Assembly: GCA_965205025.1 (NCBI GenBank)
Contig: CBDBFU010000028.1
Location: forward strand, 32,001 to 96,000
DNA from: Candidatus Poribacteria bacterium
GTDB taxonomy: Bacteria; Poribacteria; WGA-4E; WGA-3G
DNA length: 64,000 bases
Direction: 5' to 3'
In this document: positions 19,837-30,021 of the stretch, piece by piece
How positions within the stretch are numbered: the first letter of the stretch is position 1
Layout of the letters: every line of letters starts with the position of its first letter
The notes under the pieces: generated by a model
Databases searched by the model: none
Told to the model about the DNA's origin: nothing
The model's input: only the letters and a program-made list of their open reading frames with translations
Program-made: the position numbers and the translations under genes

Positions 19837-20185
19837 TTTAATCTCCTAAATTTATCATCCTAATGAATATAAAGTGAACATGCACATAAGGTTATACACT
19901 TTTATATATAAAATGTCAATTAAAAATCAACTTGACAAGGCTATTTAGTTTTAAGATTAGATGATGTTACCAATCGTACCTCTCCTCTGTATGAGGATAC
20001 TCAAGGAATACAAATGGAATTCATACTCTTGATTTGGATTCCCGATTCATCTCCTGTGTTCTCTGATCCAACTAAAGAACCTTAAACCTTCTTTTCGGCG
20101 TCCTCTGCGTACTCCCTCCTATCCGTGATTCAGACACAACACAAACCAACAAAATACATAGTTTATTATAAAACAGAAACTGATT

Positions 20186-21202
20186 CTACCGGAACGGCAT
20201 AGCATATAGCAAACCGCCCTGGGACCACGGTTTGTTTACACCGCGAGGGAGTCCAAGGGGTGTGAGATTACGATCAAAGATTTCACCGTAATTTCCTACG
20301 TTAGCGATGACTTGACGCGCCCAGTCATTCGGTAATCCGAGTTTTTCACCCATACCCTCTGTCTCTCCAAGAAACCGTTTAATCTCAGGATTTCCAGATT
20401 TGAAGGTCTCGACATTTTCCTGTGAAATTCCATACTCTTCTGCAAAGAAAGTTGCATATACAACCCAACTTACAATGTCGTTCCACTGGTTATCTCCGTG
20501 AATGGTTACTGGTCCTAAGGGTTCTTTAGATACGGTTATATCCAATATAATATGTTCATCAGGATTTTTTAAGGATTGCCGACGGGAAAGTAGTTGGGAT
20601 TTATCACTGGTCACAACATCACAGCGTCCATGGTCATAACTCTGGTATAGGGTTTCTGTTTCTTCATAAACGATGGCTTCAACATCAATTCCGATTGCCC
20701 GTACTGTATCGGCTAAATTCAACTCGGTTGTACTGCCTGCGGTAACACCGAAAGTTGCACCTTCCAATTCCTTTAGGGAGGTAATTCCGAGTGCTTTCCG
20801 TAGCATGAACCCTTGACCATCGTAAAAAGTAGGTGGACAAAAGTCAACGCCATTAGCTGTATCGCGTGTAAGTGTCCAGGTTGTGTTACGAATTAGGACA
20901 TCAATCTCCCCTGTTTGTAACGCTGGGAAACGATCTGCACCTTTTAGGGGACGAAATTCGACTTTATCAGGATCACCAAAGACGGCTGCGGCAATTGCTC
21001 TACCGTAATCTACATCAAATCCTTCCCATCTACCATCTTGACTGAGGTATCCGAAACCGGGAAGTTCTTTATTGACACCACATATTAGACGTCCTCTGTC
21101 TATCACTTTTTGCAGAACGCTATCTCCGTTTTGTGCGAACAGTGGGGTGATAAAGGAGAGAGCGATAATTAATATGGATGTTTGAAATAATATCTTTTTC
21201 AT
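20186..21202 (-). CDS. aapJ: General L-amino acid ABC transporter substrate-binding protein
   Basis: Signal peptide, CGVN..LPGF, RNTTWTLTRD, SKEPLGP, GNYGEIFDRN, GGLLYAMPFR. Confidence 0.88.
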   Translation of the reverse strand: MKKILFQTSILIIALSFITPLFAQNGDSVLQKVIDRGRLICGVNKELPGFGYLSQDGRWEGFDVDYGRAIAAAVFGDPDKVEFRPLKGADRFPALQTGEIDVLIRNTTWTLTRDTANGVDFCPPTFYDGQGFMLRKALGITSLKELEGATFGVTAGSTTELNLADTVRAIGIDVEAIVYEETETLYQSYDHGRCDVVTSDKSQLLSRRQSLKNPDEHIILDITVSKEPLGPVTIHGDNQWNDIVSWVVYATFFAEEYGISQENVETFKSGNPEIKRFLGETEGMGEKLGLPNDWARQVIANVGNYGEIFDRNLTPLGLPRGVNKPWSQGGLLYAMPFR

Positions 21203-21289
21203 GAGTCCTCTCTATATTTATATTGTATTTAACGTGAGATGAGTATAAGTAATATTAAGTATCGTGCGATAAATCAACACCGAATCCGT

Positions 21290-21396
21290 CAAATCAAGGA
21301 ATCAACGTATGAATGACATTCCTGGTATGGAATTCATCGGGGAAACACGACAGATGTGTCAAATTAAGTATACACCTTTCGCCCCGCTGGGGCTAT
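21290..21396. repeat. Family-B repeat plus GCCCC-GCT-GGGGC hairpin
   Basis: CAAATCAAGGAATCAACGTATGAATGACAT matches the insert at 12499 except for a 1-bp deletion. Confidence 0.6.
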
Positions 21397-21481
21397 TCAA
21401 AATTCTATCAGTTTTTCCAGAAAATAGAAATGCTAAATCCGAACAAATATGATCAATTGATTGGTCAGGGATTCCTTCACA

Positions 21482-22681
21482 TTAATACGCTATCAGTGCT
21501 CTACCGGTTTTATCTTGACCTTGAAATACTGCGATGTTGTTATCAGCACTATCTTTTACTAACCAGATATGACCTGCATGACTCCATTGGACGCTAAACG
21601 CATTGGCAGCAACACGTCCCCGGTAATTCTCATTACCCTCGGCGTCAATCCAATAGTATGAGATTTCTGAATCGGTTACATTCACAAACAAAATTGAACT
21701 GCTGTCCCCATCCTCAGATTCAAGTTGTGATAAAACATCAGGGTTGTGTCGTTTTAAATCAATCCATTTTTCGCCACCGTTCCCGTTTGGATCAAACAAT
21801 TTATCATATTCTGCTGACAGATCGGGGGGCCATTCAAACTGTGGTGATTCATCCGGGTGGAGTTCTTTTAAATGAGGCAAATGTGTACGTGTTATAGCTT
21901 GTGTATATCGCCACTCCGTATCTCCAAAGATTTCAGTGAGTAGTGCTGCGAGACCTGGATCATAGTCCTTTAAAATATGTCGTTTACTAACATGATTGTG
22001 TTGTGCGTCGTTTTCTCGATTGGTGTCAAACCAAGACTGCGTGCCTTCTGCCCAATACTCTTCCTTGTTCGTTGAGGCATAAGTCCCCTTCCACAATCCT
22101 TTTTCCATTGCTGCTTCATACAATAACTTCAGTCGACTATCGAAATCTGGATCAACACTACTCAATCCCATTTGGTGTATTGCGTGGCTAAATTCATGGA
22201 TAAGTATATTCTCTGTGAGATAAGGATCACCATCATAATTTAGCAGATTCTCTTCCCCACAACTCGTTGATGGACGCGAAGCAGTGGCACCGAGACCGCG
22301 TGCTCTCCTGTCCCAATAGAAATCGGGGTGTAGATCGCTATGTTCAGGAATATCAGTTGTCATCTCGTTATATGCCATGACAGAAAATCGAACGTTGTTA
22401 TTTGCTAATGCTTTGAGAATATCAGGACGATGACCAATCATACGTCGAATGAGCCATGCAGCCTCTTGTACAGCCTGCGGATTCGCTTTTTCTGATGCGA
22501 CAACGGGGAAACCCTCTACATCAATCCACTGTTTGTAGAAAGATGACAATTCAAACTTCTTACGAATCATCTCTGGCGGTTCGACTGGTGTTCTAATTGT
22601 AACGGTATCTGTTGGTAACCCTGTATTTATTAATGTAGAAATGGCAGTGACAGCAGTAAGTATTGTAGGTGTTATGTTCAT
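21482..22681 (-). CDS. Secreted zinc-dependent metallopeptidase with C-terminal VHL-beta-like domain
   Basis: HEFSH plus downstream EYWAE zinc motif; C-terminal ILFVN.T...ISYYWID.EG...Y....Q.S.AGHIWLVKD. Confidence 0.7.
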   Translation of the reverse strand: MNITPTILTAVTAISTLINTGLPTDTVTIRTPVEPPEMIRKKFELSSFYKQWIDVEGFPVVASEKANPQAVQEAAWLIRRMIGHRPDILKALANNNVRFSVMAYNEMTTDIPEHSDLHPDFYWDRRARGLGATASRPSTSCGEENLLNYDGDPYLTENILIHEFSHAIHQMGLSSVDPDFDSRLKLLYEAAMEKGLWKGTYASTNKEEYWAEGTQSWFDTNRENDAQHNHVSKRHILKDYDPGLAALLTEIFGDTEWRYTQAITRTHLPHLKELHPDESPQFEWPPDLSAEYDKLFDPNGNGGEKWIDLKRHNPDVLSQLESEDGDSSSILFVNVTDSEISYYWIDAEGNENYRGRVAANAFSVQWSHAGHIWLVKDSADNNIAVFQGQDKTGRALIAY

Positions 22682-22806
22682 TATGTTCTTTTCTTCCTAT
22701 AATTTTAAAGATCTTTAGTAATGTGCAACTATAGTTTTGACAGTTTCTGTCGGTCTCATGTCGTGTTTTCAAGGTTTTCTCTTTTTTCCTGATAGTTTGG
22801 TGATAG

Positions 22807-22872
22807 CACTCCGCTGGAGTGCGGCACTCTCTGCCTCTTATTTTTATAGACATATCACACCGCTGGTGTGAG
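22807..22872. repeat. Two hairpin units CACTCC-GCT-GGAGTG and TATAGACATAT-CACACC-GCT-GGTGTG
   Basis: Share the TATAGACAT leader with family A but have a different stem. Confidence 0.6.
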
Positions 22873-23356
22873 GAGACATCGTAATGTCGGTATCGTTAGT
22901 TCTGTATTGATTACGTCTAACACACGGATAAGTTGTGGACTTGCTCCAGTTGAATATTCTCCAGTACAGATGTCTAATATTGTTTATGCCGAACTTAAGT
23001 TATGATTAGGTGACTTTTGACCAAAATATAGACAATTGTGTTCAATTTAATTGTAGGAATAATAGTAATGAGTATAACACCAATAGGTTTATTTTTCACT
23101 GATAAATTCATCCATAAAGAATCCTGGATAGGAGTTCCTTCTACCGAGAATTAATTTTATATGAATGCCCTATATCGTGCAATCAGGAATTTAGTATGCA
23201 CATTTGTGTGCAATTTACAGATATTTTGGAAAAGGGATTCCTATATTCATACAGTTAGAGTTGGCATATAAATTGCTCATATAGAGACATTGGGAGTTAA
23301 CAAATATACCGTAAATTGATTTTATATGGTAGTGAAATTGATCCTATTATTTCAAC

Positions 23357-23385
23357 TTGACATCTTAAAGGTGCGTCTTTACAAT
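23357..23385 (+). promoter_or_regulatory. Sigma70-like promoter
   Basis: TTGACA-17 bp-TACAAT, 40 bp upstream of the TPR gene. Confidence 0.6.
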
Positions 23386-23425
23386 TAGGTTGATATTTTG
23401 ATTTCATAGTGCAAAGGAGAAAAGA

Positions 23426-24676
23426 GTGAAAAAGCTGATAATCGCGGAAATCTGTGTTATTGTTGCAATTGCATTAGGTTTTTGGCTCGGTAGAATTACA
23501 AGTCCATTTAATAATTACGCGAAGTATTACCAAAATGCAGATAAAGCCTGGGGAAAAGTACGGGAAATAAATACGCCAACTGTGACACACGATGATCCGG
23601 ATACAAAACGACTACGTCAGGTGCGTGCTGCTTGTCGTGCTGTATTTGAAAATTATCCAGACAGTCGTTGGGCAGATGATGCGCTCCATCTCCTTGGATC
23701 TCTTCCACGTACTGATGAGGAAGGATTTGCCCTGCTTCGTCGGTTGATAAGAGAGTATCCAGATAGTGAATTTGCGGATGATTCAATGTATGCTATTGCA
23801 ACAGCAACTTATGAGATAGCGGAAGAATTGAAAAAGACTGGAACCCTTGAATCTATTTCAGCTTATTATGATAGAGCCCTTGCCCTTTTCAATCAATTAA
23901 TCGCAACTTATCCGGGAAGTATACTTGAAGCTGATGCACAATATAATGCTGCAATGTGCTATTACGGGAGAGGAGATTTGAATATTGCACTCAGTGAACT
24001 TGAGAATCTAAAAATTGAATCCGGAAATAATCCTATAATCTATAAGATTCTATTCCAGATTGGGTCAATTTATCTTGAGCAACACGATTACGAAAATGCC
24101 CGAATTGAATTCACCAATATTGTTGATTCAGGAGATCCTGTACATTCACCAGTAGCAAATTTCTCAATTGCACAAGCCTACTTTGCTGAAGGAAAATTCG
24201 AAGAAGCAGCAAGAGAATACCAGAAAGTCATTGACATCTATCCTGATACAGAGTATGGAAAAGACGCACATTTTTATATAGGGTGGGCGTATGCGAATCT
24301 TGAAGATTATGATAATGCCATTTCTCTACTTGAAAATGCCGTTGAGGATTACCCAGATAATAAGAATACAACAACTACGAAATTCTATATTGCTCAACTT
24401 GCTGAAGCCAACAAAGATCCTGCACTGGCAATTGCTACATATCAAGAATTTGCTGATGATCCCTCACACAACTATGATAATCGTCTATCGGCACAATATC
24501 ATGTAGGTAGGATTTATGAGGAAACAGGGGATATTACACAAGCGGTTGATGCATACGAAAAACTGTTGAAAGATTATCCTGAACTTCATCAAAATCCTGC
24601 ACATCATTCACGGAAAATTACTGAAAATTATATACGCGATTTAAGAGTTGATAATTTAGGTGAGGAAGAGAATTAG
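23426..24676 (+). CDS. Membrane-anchored tetratricopeptide repeat protein (BamD/CpoB-like repeats)
   Basis: N-terminal TM, repeated YP.S..ADDA TPR motifs. Confidence 0.8.
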   Translation: MKKLIIAEICVIVAIALGFWLGRITSPFNNYAKYYQNADKAWGKVREINTPTVTHDDPDTKRLRQVRAACRAVFENYPDSRWADDALHLLGSLPRTDEEGFALLRRLIREYPDSEFADDSMYAIATATYEIAEELKKTGTLESISAYYDRALALFNQLIATYPGSILEADAQYNAAMCYYGRGDLNIALSELENLKIESGNNPIIYKILFQIGSIYLEQHDYENARIEFTNIVDSGDPVHSPVANFSIAQAYFAEGKFEEAAREYQKVIDIYPDTEYGKDAHFYIGWAYANLEDYDNAISLLENAVEDYPDNKNTTTTKFYIAQLAEANKDPALAIATYQEFADDPSHNYDNRLSAQYHVGRIYEETGDITQAVDAYEKLLKDYPELHQNPAHHSRKITENYIRDLRVDNLGEEEN

Positions 24677-24684
24677 ATTTACAC

Positions 24685-25905
24685 CTAAGTGAGTAGACAC
24701 TCTAATCCTTGATCAAGGTCAGCGATAATATCTTCTACATCTTCCAAACCAATAGAAAACCTTACCAAACCATCCGTAATTCCTGTGCGTTGTCTAACTT
24801 CACTTGGTACATGGGAATGTGTTGTTGATGCTGGATGACAGACTAAAGTACGTACATCCCCTAAACTAACAGCAAGTGAACACAATTGTAGTTTATTTAC
24901 TAACGTTTCACCTGCTGCCCGTCCACCTTTCAATTCCATTGTAATCATTCCTCCAAACCCATTCATCTGACGTTTTGCAAGATGATGTTGTGGATGACTT
25001 GCTAATCCAGGATAACGAACCCAGGCTATTGCAGGATGTGATTCAAGGAATGCAGCGATAGTTGAAGCATTCTCACAGTGACGGGAAAAGCGAAGTGGTA
25101 ATGTAGGAATACCGAGAAGTGTTAACCACGCATTAAATGGACTAATCACCGCTCCAAAATTTCGTAAGGCTCCTTGTTTTACTCTTACAATAAAATCCTT
25201 CTTCCCTACAATTGCACCCGCAACAACTGCACCATTACCACTCAAGTATTTCGTGATACTATGAAGTACTACATCTATACCCATTGAAATTGGTTGTTGA
25301 CTGCATGGGGTGGCAAATGTGTTATCAATAATCGTAGTGATATTATGCCTTTTGGCTATCTCAGCACATGCAGACAGGTCAACCAATTTTAGTAATGGAT
25401 TTGTAGGACTCTCAAGATAAATGACCTTCGTATCTGGACGAATAGCATCTTCAACGAGGTTTAAATCCGTTGCATCAACAAAGGTTGTTTCGATCCCCAT
25501 CCGTGGCAGTTCTTCATTTAGGATGTTAAATGTAGCAGAATACAGGGTCTCCATCGCCACAACATGTCCACCATCAGATAAGGCTGTGAGTAAAGCAGAA
25601 CTGATAGCACCCATACCAGAAGCGGCTGCCAATGCTGCTTCTCCACCCTCCAATGTTGCGATTTTCTTTTCTAATACATCCTGTGTAGGATTACCCCAAC
25701 GTGTATACACATATCCACTATCTTCATCTTTAAATGCAGAAGCACATTCTTCAGCATTATTAAATTGGAATGTACTGTTTTGATAGATTGGAGGTAACAG
25801 AGGGATACCAGTTTTTCCAGATTGACTATCCTGAGTAGATGTATGTGTTTCTTCACCTGCATGTATTGCCACAGTTGATTTTCCTTTGAACTTCCTATTC
25901 TCCAC
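24685..25905 (-). CDS. PLP-dependent trans-sulfuration enzyme (methionine gamma-lyase/cystathionine lyase family)
   Basis: YTRWGNPT, ASGMGAI, ESPTNP, DNTFATP, SITKYLSG, SLGDV. Confidence 0.9.
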   Translation of the reverse strand: MENRKFKGKSTVAIHAGEETHTSTQDSQSGKTGIPLLPPIYQNSTFQFNNAEECASAFKDEDSGYVYTRWGNPTQDVLEKKIATLEGGEAALAAASGMGAISSALLTALSDGGHVVAMETLYSATFNILNEELPRMGIETTFVDATDLNLVEDAIRPDTKVIYLESPTNPLLKLVDLSACAEIAKRHNITTIIDNTFATPCSQQPISMGIDVVLHSITKYLSGNGAVVAGAIVGKKDFIVRVKQGALRNFGAVISPFNAWLTLLGIPTLPLRFSRHCENASTIAAFLESHPAIAWVRYPGLASHPQHHLAKRQMNGFGGMITMELKGGRAAGETLVNKLQLCSLAVSLGDVRTLVCHPASTTHSHVPSEVRQRTGITDGLVRFSIGLEDVEDIIADLDQGLECLLT

Positions 25906-25907
25906 AA

Positions 25908-26528
25908 TTATGCACCCTTTTTCGGTTGTTTCAGTGTTGTAATCGGATATTTCTCAATGGACAGTAAAATTTTTTTACGTTCAATCCCTCCACCGTAACC
26001 TCCTAAACTTCGATTACTTCCAATGACACGATGGCACGGAATGACAATAGAAATAGGATTCTTTCCAGTAGCATTTCCAACTGCGCGATAAGACTTTTGT
26101 CTACCTATCTTATTTGCAATCCATTTGTAGCTGCGCACTTCACCATAAGGAATTTCGCGAATTGCTTCCCAGACCCAATCCTGAAAATATGTACCCCAGT
26201 CTATCTTAACAGGTATTTCACGAAAATCAACAGGTTTACCTGAAAAATATCTATCCAACATCTCCTTTGTTTGTTGGAGAACTTGGTTACCAGGAGTAGT
26301 TGGTGGTTCATAGAATGTAGTATCGTCGTTAAAAAACAGATGTGTTAAATGCAAATCGTATTGAGAAGGTTGTCTTGCTATAATATCAATATGTCCTATA
26401 GGGGATTTATATCGAAATGAATCTGGACCATACCATTTCTTAAGATCTCTTATTATCTGACCTTTATTGTATAACTCTGGATAATGTTCTAACCCGTATG
26501 TATAATTTTCAAATGCATTTGTATACAT
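25908..26528 (-). CDS. ogt: Methylated-DNA-protein-cysteine methyltransferase
   Basis: IPYGEVRSY, RAVGNA, IPCHRVI, GGYGGG. Confidence 0.88.
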   Translation of the reverse strand: MYTNAFENYTYGLEHYPELYNKGQIIRDLKKWYGPDSFRYKSPIGHIDIIARQPSQYDLHLTHLFFNDDTTFYEPPTTPGNQVLQQTKEMLDRYFSGKPVDFREIPVKIDWGTYFQDWVWEAIREIPYGEVRSYKWIANKIGRQKSYRAVGNATGKNPISIVIPCHRVIGSNRSLGGYGGGIERKKILLSIEKYPITTLKQPKKGA

Positions 26529-26576
26529 TTTTTATTTGACCTCCAATATATTATCATATATGCTATATCGCAAACT

Positions 26577-26960
26577 ATGGCATTATTTAAAACACCTGAC
26601 CAACTTTACGATTATATAAGTGAATTGTTTGATGAAATTTCATCTTTACCTGAAGCACAGCAAGCACTTAAGACATTAAAATTGTGTGTAAAATTCAATT
26701 ACACAGTACCGGACTGTGAAATTATATTAAATGTAGCGGATGGTGGTTATACTATCTCCCGTGAGTTATCACCTGACGTTACGCCGGATGTAGAGTTAAG
26801 TATGAGTGGTGATATTGCTCATCAACTTTGGACCGGTGAACTCAATGTGATGGGAGCAATCACTTCACGCGAGATAGGTATAAACGGTTCACTCGGTAAA
26901 ATCATGCGTTTAACACCACTTATTAAGACTGCGATTCGTCATAACAAAAATCGTTCTTGA
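26577..26960 (+). CDS. SCP2 sterol-binding domain protein
   Basis: PDVELSMSGDIAHQLWTGELNVMGAITSREIGING. Confidence 0.75.
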   Translation: MALFKTPDQLYDYISELFDEISSLPEAQQALKTLKLCVKFNYTVPDCEIILNVADGGYTISRELSPDVTPDVELSMSGDIAHQLWTGELNVMGAITSREIGINGSLGKIMRLTPLIKTAIRHNKNRS

Positions 26961-27031
26961 ACTTTCATTTTACAAATGACATATATTAGATATGAATTGT
27001 TATTTCCTTTCCAATTTCATAGGAGCAGAAT

Positions 27032-27823
27032 ATGAGTACAGACACTGTATCAGATGCCATTAATCCTTATGTATCACAGTTGCGTGAAGAAGGCTATTGT
27101 GTATTGGATGATGTAATTCCATCAGATGTTGTTGATTCAGTTCGTGAGGAGGTAGAAACCTCAGAAGCAGACTATAGTGCATTCAGTAAAGATAACGGAC
27201 ATTGGACACGTAATGTTATTAGTTTTATGCCTGGATTCGCTGAACATCTTGCGAATGAACGACTCCTCGCTGTTATCCGTGAATTACTCGGACCCCAGGT
27301 GCGTATCTCTCAAACTGAATATAAAATTCGTCCTCCTCATTATCAATTAGTACGTGCATATCATTCCGATTTTCCGTATGACTTGAACCAAAAATGGCAC
27401 ATTACACAACCCTTTCCAACTGCTGTAATTGGTATAACCACACTTTGGATGCTAACTGACTTCACAACCGAAAATGGGGGTACATGGATCGTTCCGAAAT
27501 CTCATGTAGACCTTCGAAATCCTCGAGGTAAAGAGGATGGTATCGGAGATCGTAACCCACTTGAAGGTGAACTGCAAGCTACTGGAAGTGCCGGTAGTGT
27601 GCTTATCATGGATAGTCGTATTTGGCATTCCAATGCTGAAAATCCAAGTGATGGACGCCGAACCGCGGTTGTTGTCAGATACGCTCCATGGTGGTTAAAT
27701 TTAGAACTTTTTGGTGTCAATACTGCGACTATCCCTGGTGATGTATTTGATAATATGTCCGATGATGTTAAACTACTCTATGAACATCGCGCTGAAGAAC
27801 ATGAACCTACTGTATGGGTTTAA
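27032..27823 (+). CDS. Phytanoyl-CoA dioxygenase (PhyH) family protein
   Basis: HSD, LTDFTTENGGTWIVPKSH, GSVLIMDSRIWH. Confidence 0.88.
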   Translation: MSTDTVSDAINPYVSQLREEGYCVLDDVIPSDVVDSVREEVETSEADYSAFSKDNGHWTRNVISFMPGFAEHLANERLLAVIRELLGPQVRISQTEYKIRPPHYQLVRAYHSDFPYDLNQKWHITQPFPTAVIGITTLWMLTDFTTENGGTWIVPKSHVDLRNPRGKEDGIGDRNPLEGELQATGSAGSVLIMDSRIWHSNAENPSDGRRTAVVVRYAPWWLNLELFGVNTATIPGDVFDNMSDDVKLLYEHRAEEHEPTVWV

Positions 27824-27856
27824 TTCCAAAACATTTTTCATTAAAGGAGATTACCA

Positions 27857-28285
27857 ATGTCAACAACACTTGTACATATCGGTGTTCGTACAACTAACCT
27901 CGAAAATAGCATCCGTTTCTGGCGCGACGCACTGGGTTTGAGTGTCTCTTCCACACATAAAGGATGCTACGACCTGACCGATGGATATCACAACTTTCGT
28001 GTCTTTCAACACAACGGACCTGACCGTCCAAAACATGTGGGAGGTATGTTAGACTATCTACATATCGGTGTCCGTGTACCTAATCTCCATGAAGCAGCTA
28101 AACGTTGTGAAGATCTCGGTTTTGAAATCACGTGGGAAGGTTTAGACGGTACGAAACCTTACGAGAAAGACACTAACGAATTGCCTTCTATAGCTTTTAA
28201 AGTTGAAGATCCTGATGGAATCGTCGTTGACATAACCGAACGTGATGATCAATGGCCCGGTGTTGATATTGAAAGCAAAGGTTAA
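27857..28285 (+). CDS. VOC/glyoxalase family protein
   Basis: HIGVR..NLENSIRFW, HIGVRV, DPDGIVVDI. Confidence 0.85.
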   Translation: MSTTLVHIGVRTTNLENSIRFWRDALGLSVSSTHKGCYDLTDGYHNFRVFQHNGPDRPKHVGGMLDYLHIGVRVPNLHEAAKRCEDLGFEITWEGLDGTKPYEKDTNELPSIAFKVEDPDGIVVDITERDDQWPGVDIESKG

Positions 28286-28292
28286 ACTTCCT

Positions 28293-28323
28293 TTAGTGGC
28301 GCGGTGTCAAGACGCGCCACTAA
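28293..28323. terminator. Stem-loop between convergent genes
   Basis: TTAGTGGCGCG-9 nt-CGCGCCACTAA. Confidence 0.6.
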
Positions 28324-28362
28324 TTCTACACTCAATCCTTCTATCTAACTTACCTTCAATTA

Positions 28363-29067
28363 TTATTCATCCCCTCCTAATAATCCTGATCGTATCAGAA
28401 AATAGAGTAAAGTTAGTAGACTTGTAACTGCTGCAGCCAGATAGGTTAGAAATGCAGCGTTAAGAACTTTACTTGCATGTCGCGTTTCATCAGGAGAAAG
28501 CATCCCAGCTTCATCCATTCCTATTTTTGCACGACGACTTGCATCCCACTCAACTGGCAGTGTGACAAGTGAAAAAACGACTGATACTGTAAAAAGTGCA
28601 ATACCTAAATATATTAACGGTTGAATGATAAAACCTACCATAAATAGGATATAAGAGAACATTGAACTGAAGTTTGTAGCTGGTACAAGAGCACTTCTAA
28701 GACTTAACATCCCATAATTCTGAGCATCTTGCATTGCATGTCCTGCTTCGTGGCATGCTACTCCTATTGCAGATAAGGAATTGCTTGAATACACATCATT
28801 GGATAAGCGAAGCACTTTATTCCGTGGATCGTAATGATCACTTAACCATCCATCTGAATGTTCAATTTTCACATTCCTAATACCATTCCTTTCTAACATG
28901 ATTGTTGCTGCTTGTGCACCTGTCATCCGCTTTTGTGGTCCAACCTGTGAATATTTCTTGAATGTGGATTTTGTCCGCCATGTAGCGTAAAAAGAGAGTA
29001 GAAGCCCCGGTGCTAAAATTATGAAATATAATGGGTCAAAGAAACCAAACATAGTAAATACCTCCAA
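28363..29067 (-). CDS. Neutral zinc metallopeptidase (YugP-like)
   Basis: LSDHYDP, VACHEAGHA, TLPVEWDASRRA, AAFLTY. Confidence 0.88.
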   Translation of the reverse strand: MEVFTMFGFFDPLYFIILAPGLLLSFYATWRTKSTFKKYSQVGPQKRMTGAQAATIMLERNGIRNVKIEHSDGWLSDHYDPRNKVLRLSNDVYSSNSLSAIGVACHEAGHAMQDAQNYGMLSLRSALVPATNFSSMFSYILFMVGFIIQPLIYLGIALFTVSVVFSLVTLPVEWDASRRAKIGMDEAGMLSPDETRHASKVLNAAFLTYLAAAVTSLLTLLYFLIRSGLLGGDE

Positions 29068-29169
29068 TGTGTTTTTAACATTTCGTTTGTGTTTTTATTA
29101 TGTATAAATTATATGAATTTAGAGGTGAAAATTCAATGTGTTTATATATTCCTATTTTCTTGAGTTTGG

Positions 29170-29255
29170 AAAAAGTTACACTTTTTGTCACATCGTGTGA
29201 CATTCATTTTAGCCTAAATTATGGCTGTAAACCCAGTTATAGTATAGGTTTATAG
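29170..29255 (-). repeat. Core of the conserved intergenic element, copy 3
   Basis: AAAAAGTTACACTTTTTGTCACATCGTGTGACATT (29170-29204) + 20 bp + CTGTAAACC..GGTTTATAG (29225-29255). Confidence 0.8.
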
Positions 29256-29590
29256 TGATTTAAATTTAAGATTGTAAAATTTCTATTTTCTGTGTTTTTC
29301 TCTCTTTTTTAATTTTCAGAAAATCAATTACTGCACTCCGATTTTGAAATAAGAATAGATGAAAATACGATATAATGTTATCAATAATTATTCTAAAGTG
29401 CAATATAATTATTATTTGTAATTTATAGTATAACATATATAAAAAGAGTTGTCAAGAAAAATGTGATTTTATTTTTAACATGGACTTAAAAAAGTGAAAA
29501 TATGGAAATCTGTCTAATTCATGATAGAGACAACAATCGGATAAAATATTCAAACTATAGTAAACTTTAGATTTAATTAGACACTTTACT

Positions 29591-29634
29591 TGTAGGAGCG
29601 ACCTCCTGGTCGCGACCGGGAGGTCGCTCCTACA
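29591..29634. repeat. GTAG-type REP doublet, near-perfect palindrome
   Basis: TGTAGGAGCGACCTCC-TGGTCGCGACCG-GGAGGTCGCTCCTACA; left half repeated at 37308. Confidence 0.8.
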
Positions 29635-29926
29635 GAAGAGGTGTGGGACGCGAACGTAAGTTGAGCCAATAGAAAATGTAGTATTCATTTTATTGTTTAC
29701 TATAAATTATCTCAACCAACATATTTTTCAATGAAAATAAAAATAATAAAGAAAATACTATCGTCGGTAATCATATATGACATGATGGTGATTATGCCCT
29801 AAGGTATTAGGTATAACAATACTACACATGTATTTGACATTAAATGACTGATTCGGTATTGATTTGAGGTTTCAGACAGCTTAACTGATAACTAAAAACT
29901 GTAAACGTATGCCATCCATGTTTTCT

Positions 29927-29955
29927 TTGACACATCATATTGGGTTTGATAAACT
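29927..29955 (+). promoter_or_regulatory. Sigma70-like promoter
   Basis: TTGACA-17 bp-TAAACT upstream of the enolase-family gene. Confidence 0.5.
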
Positions 29956-30021
29956 TGAGCATCAATGTAAGCATACTACGATGTAGTTGTTTATAATCCT
30001 GATTATAGGAGTACAGATATT

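Noticed and set aside
22853-23425. Replication origin in the divergent intergenic gap
   Set aside because: No cluster of TTATCCACA-like boxes and no dnaA/dnaN context.
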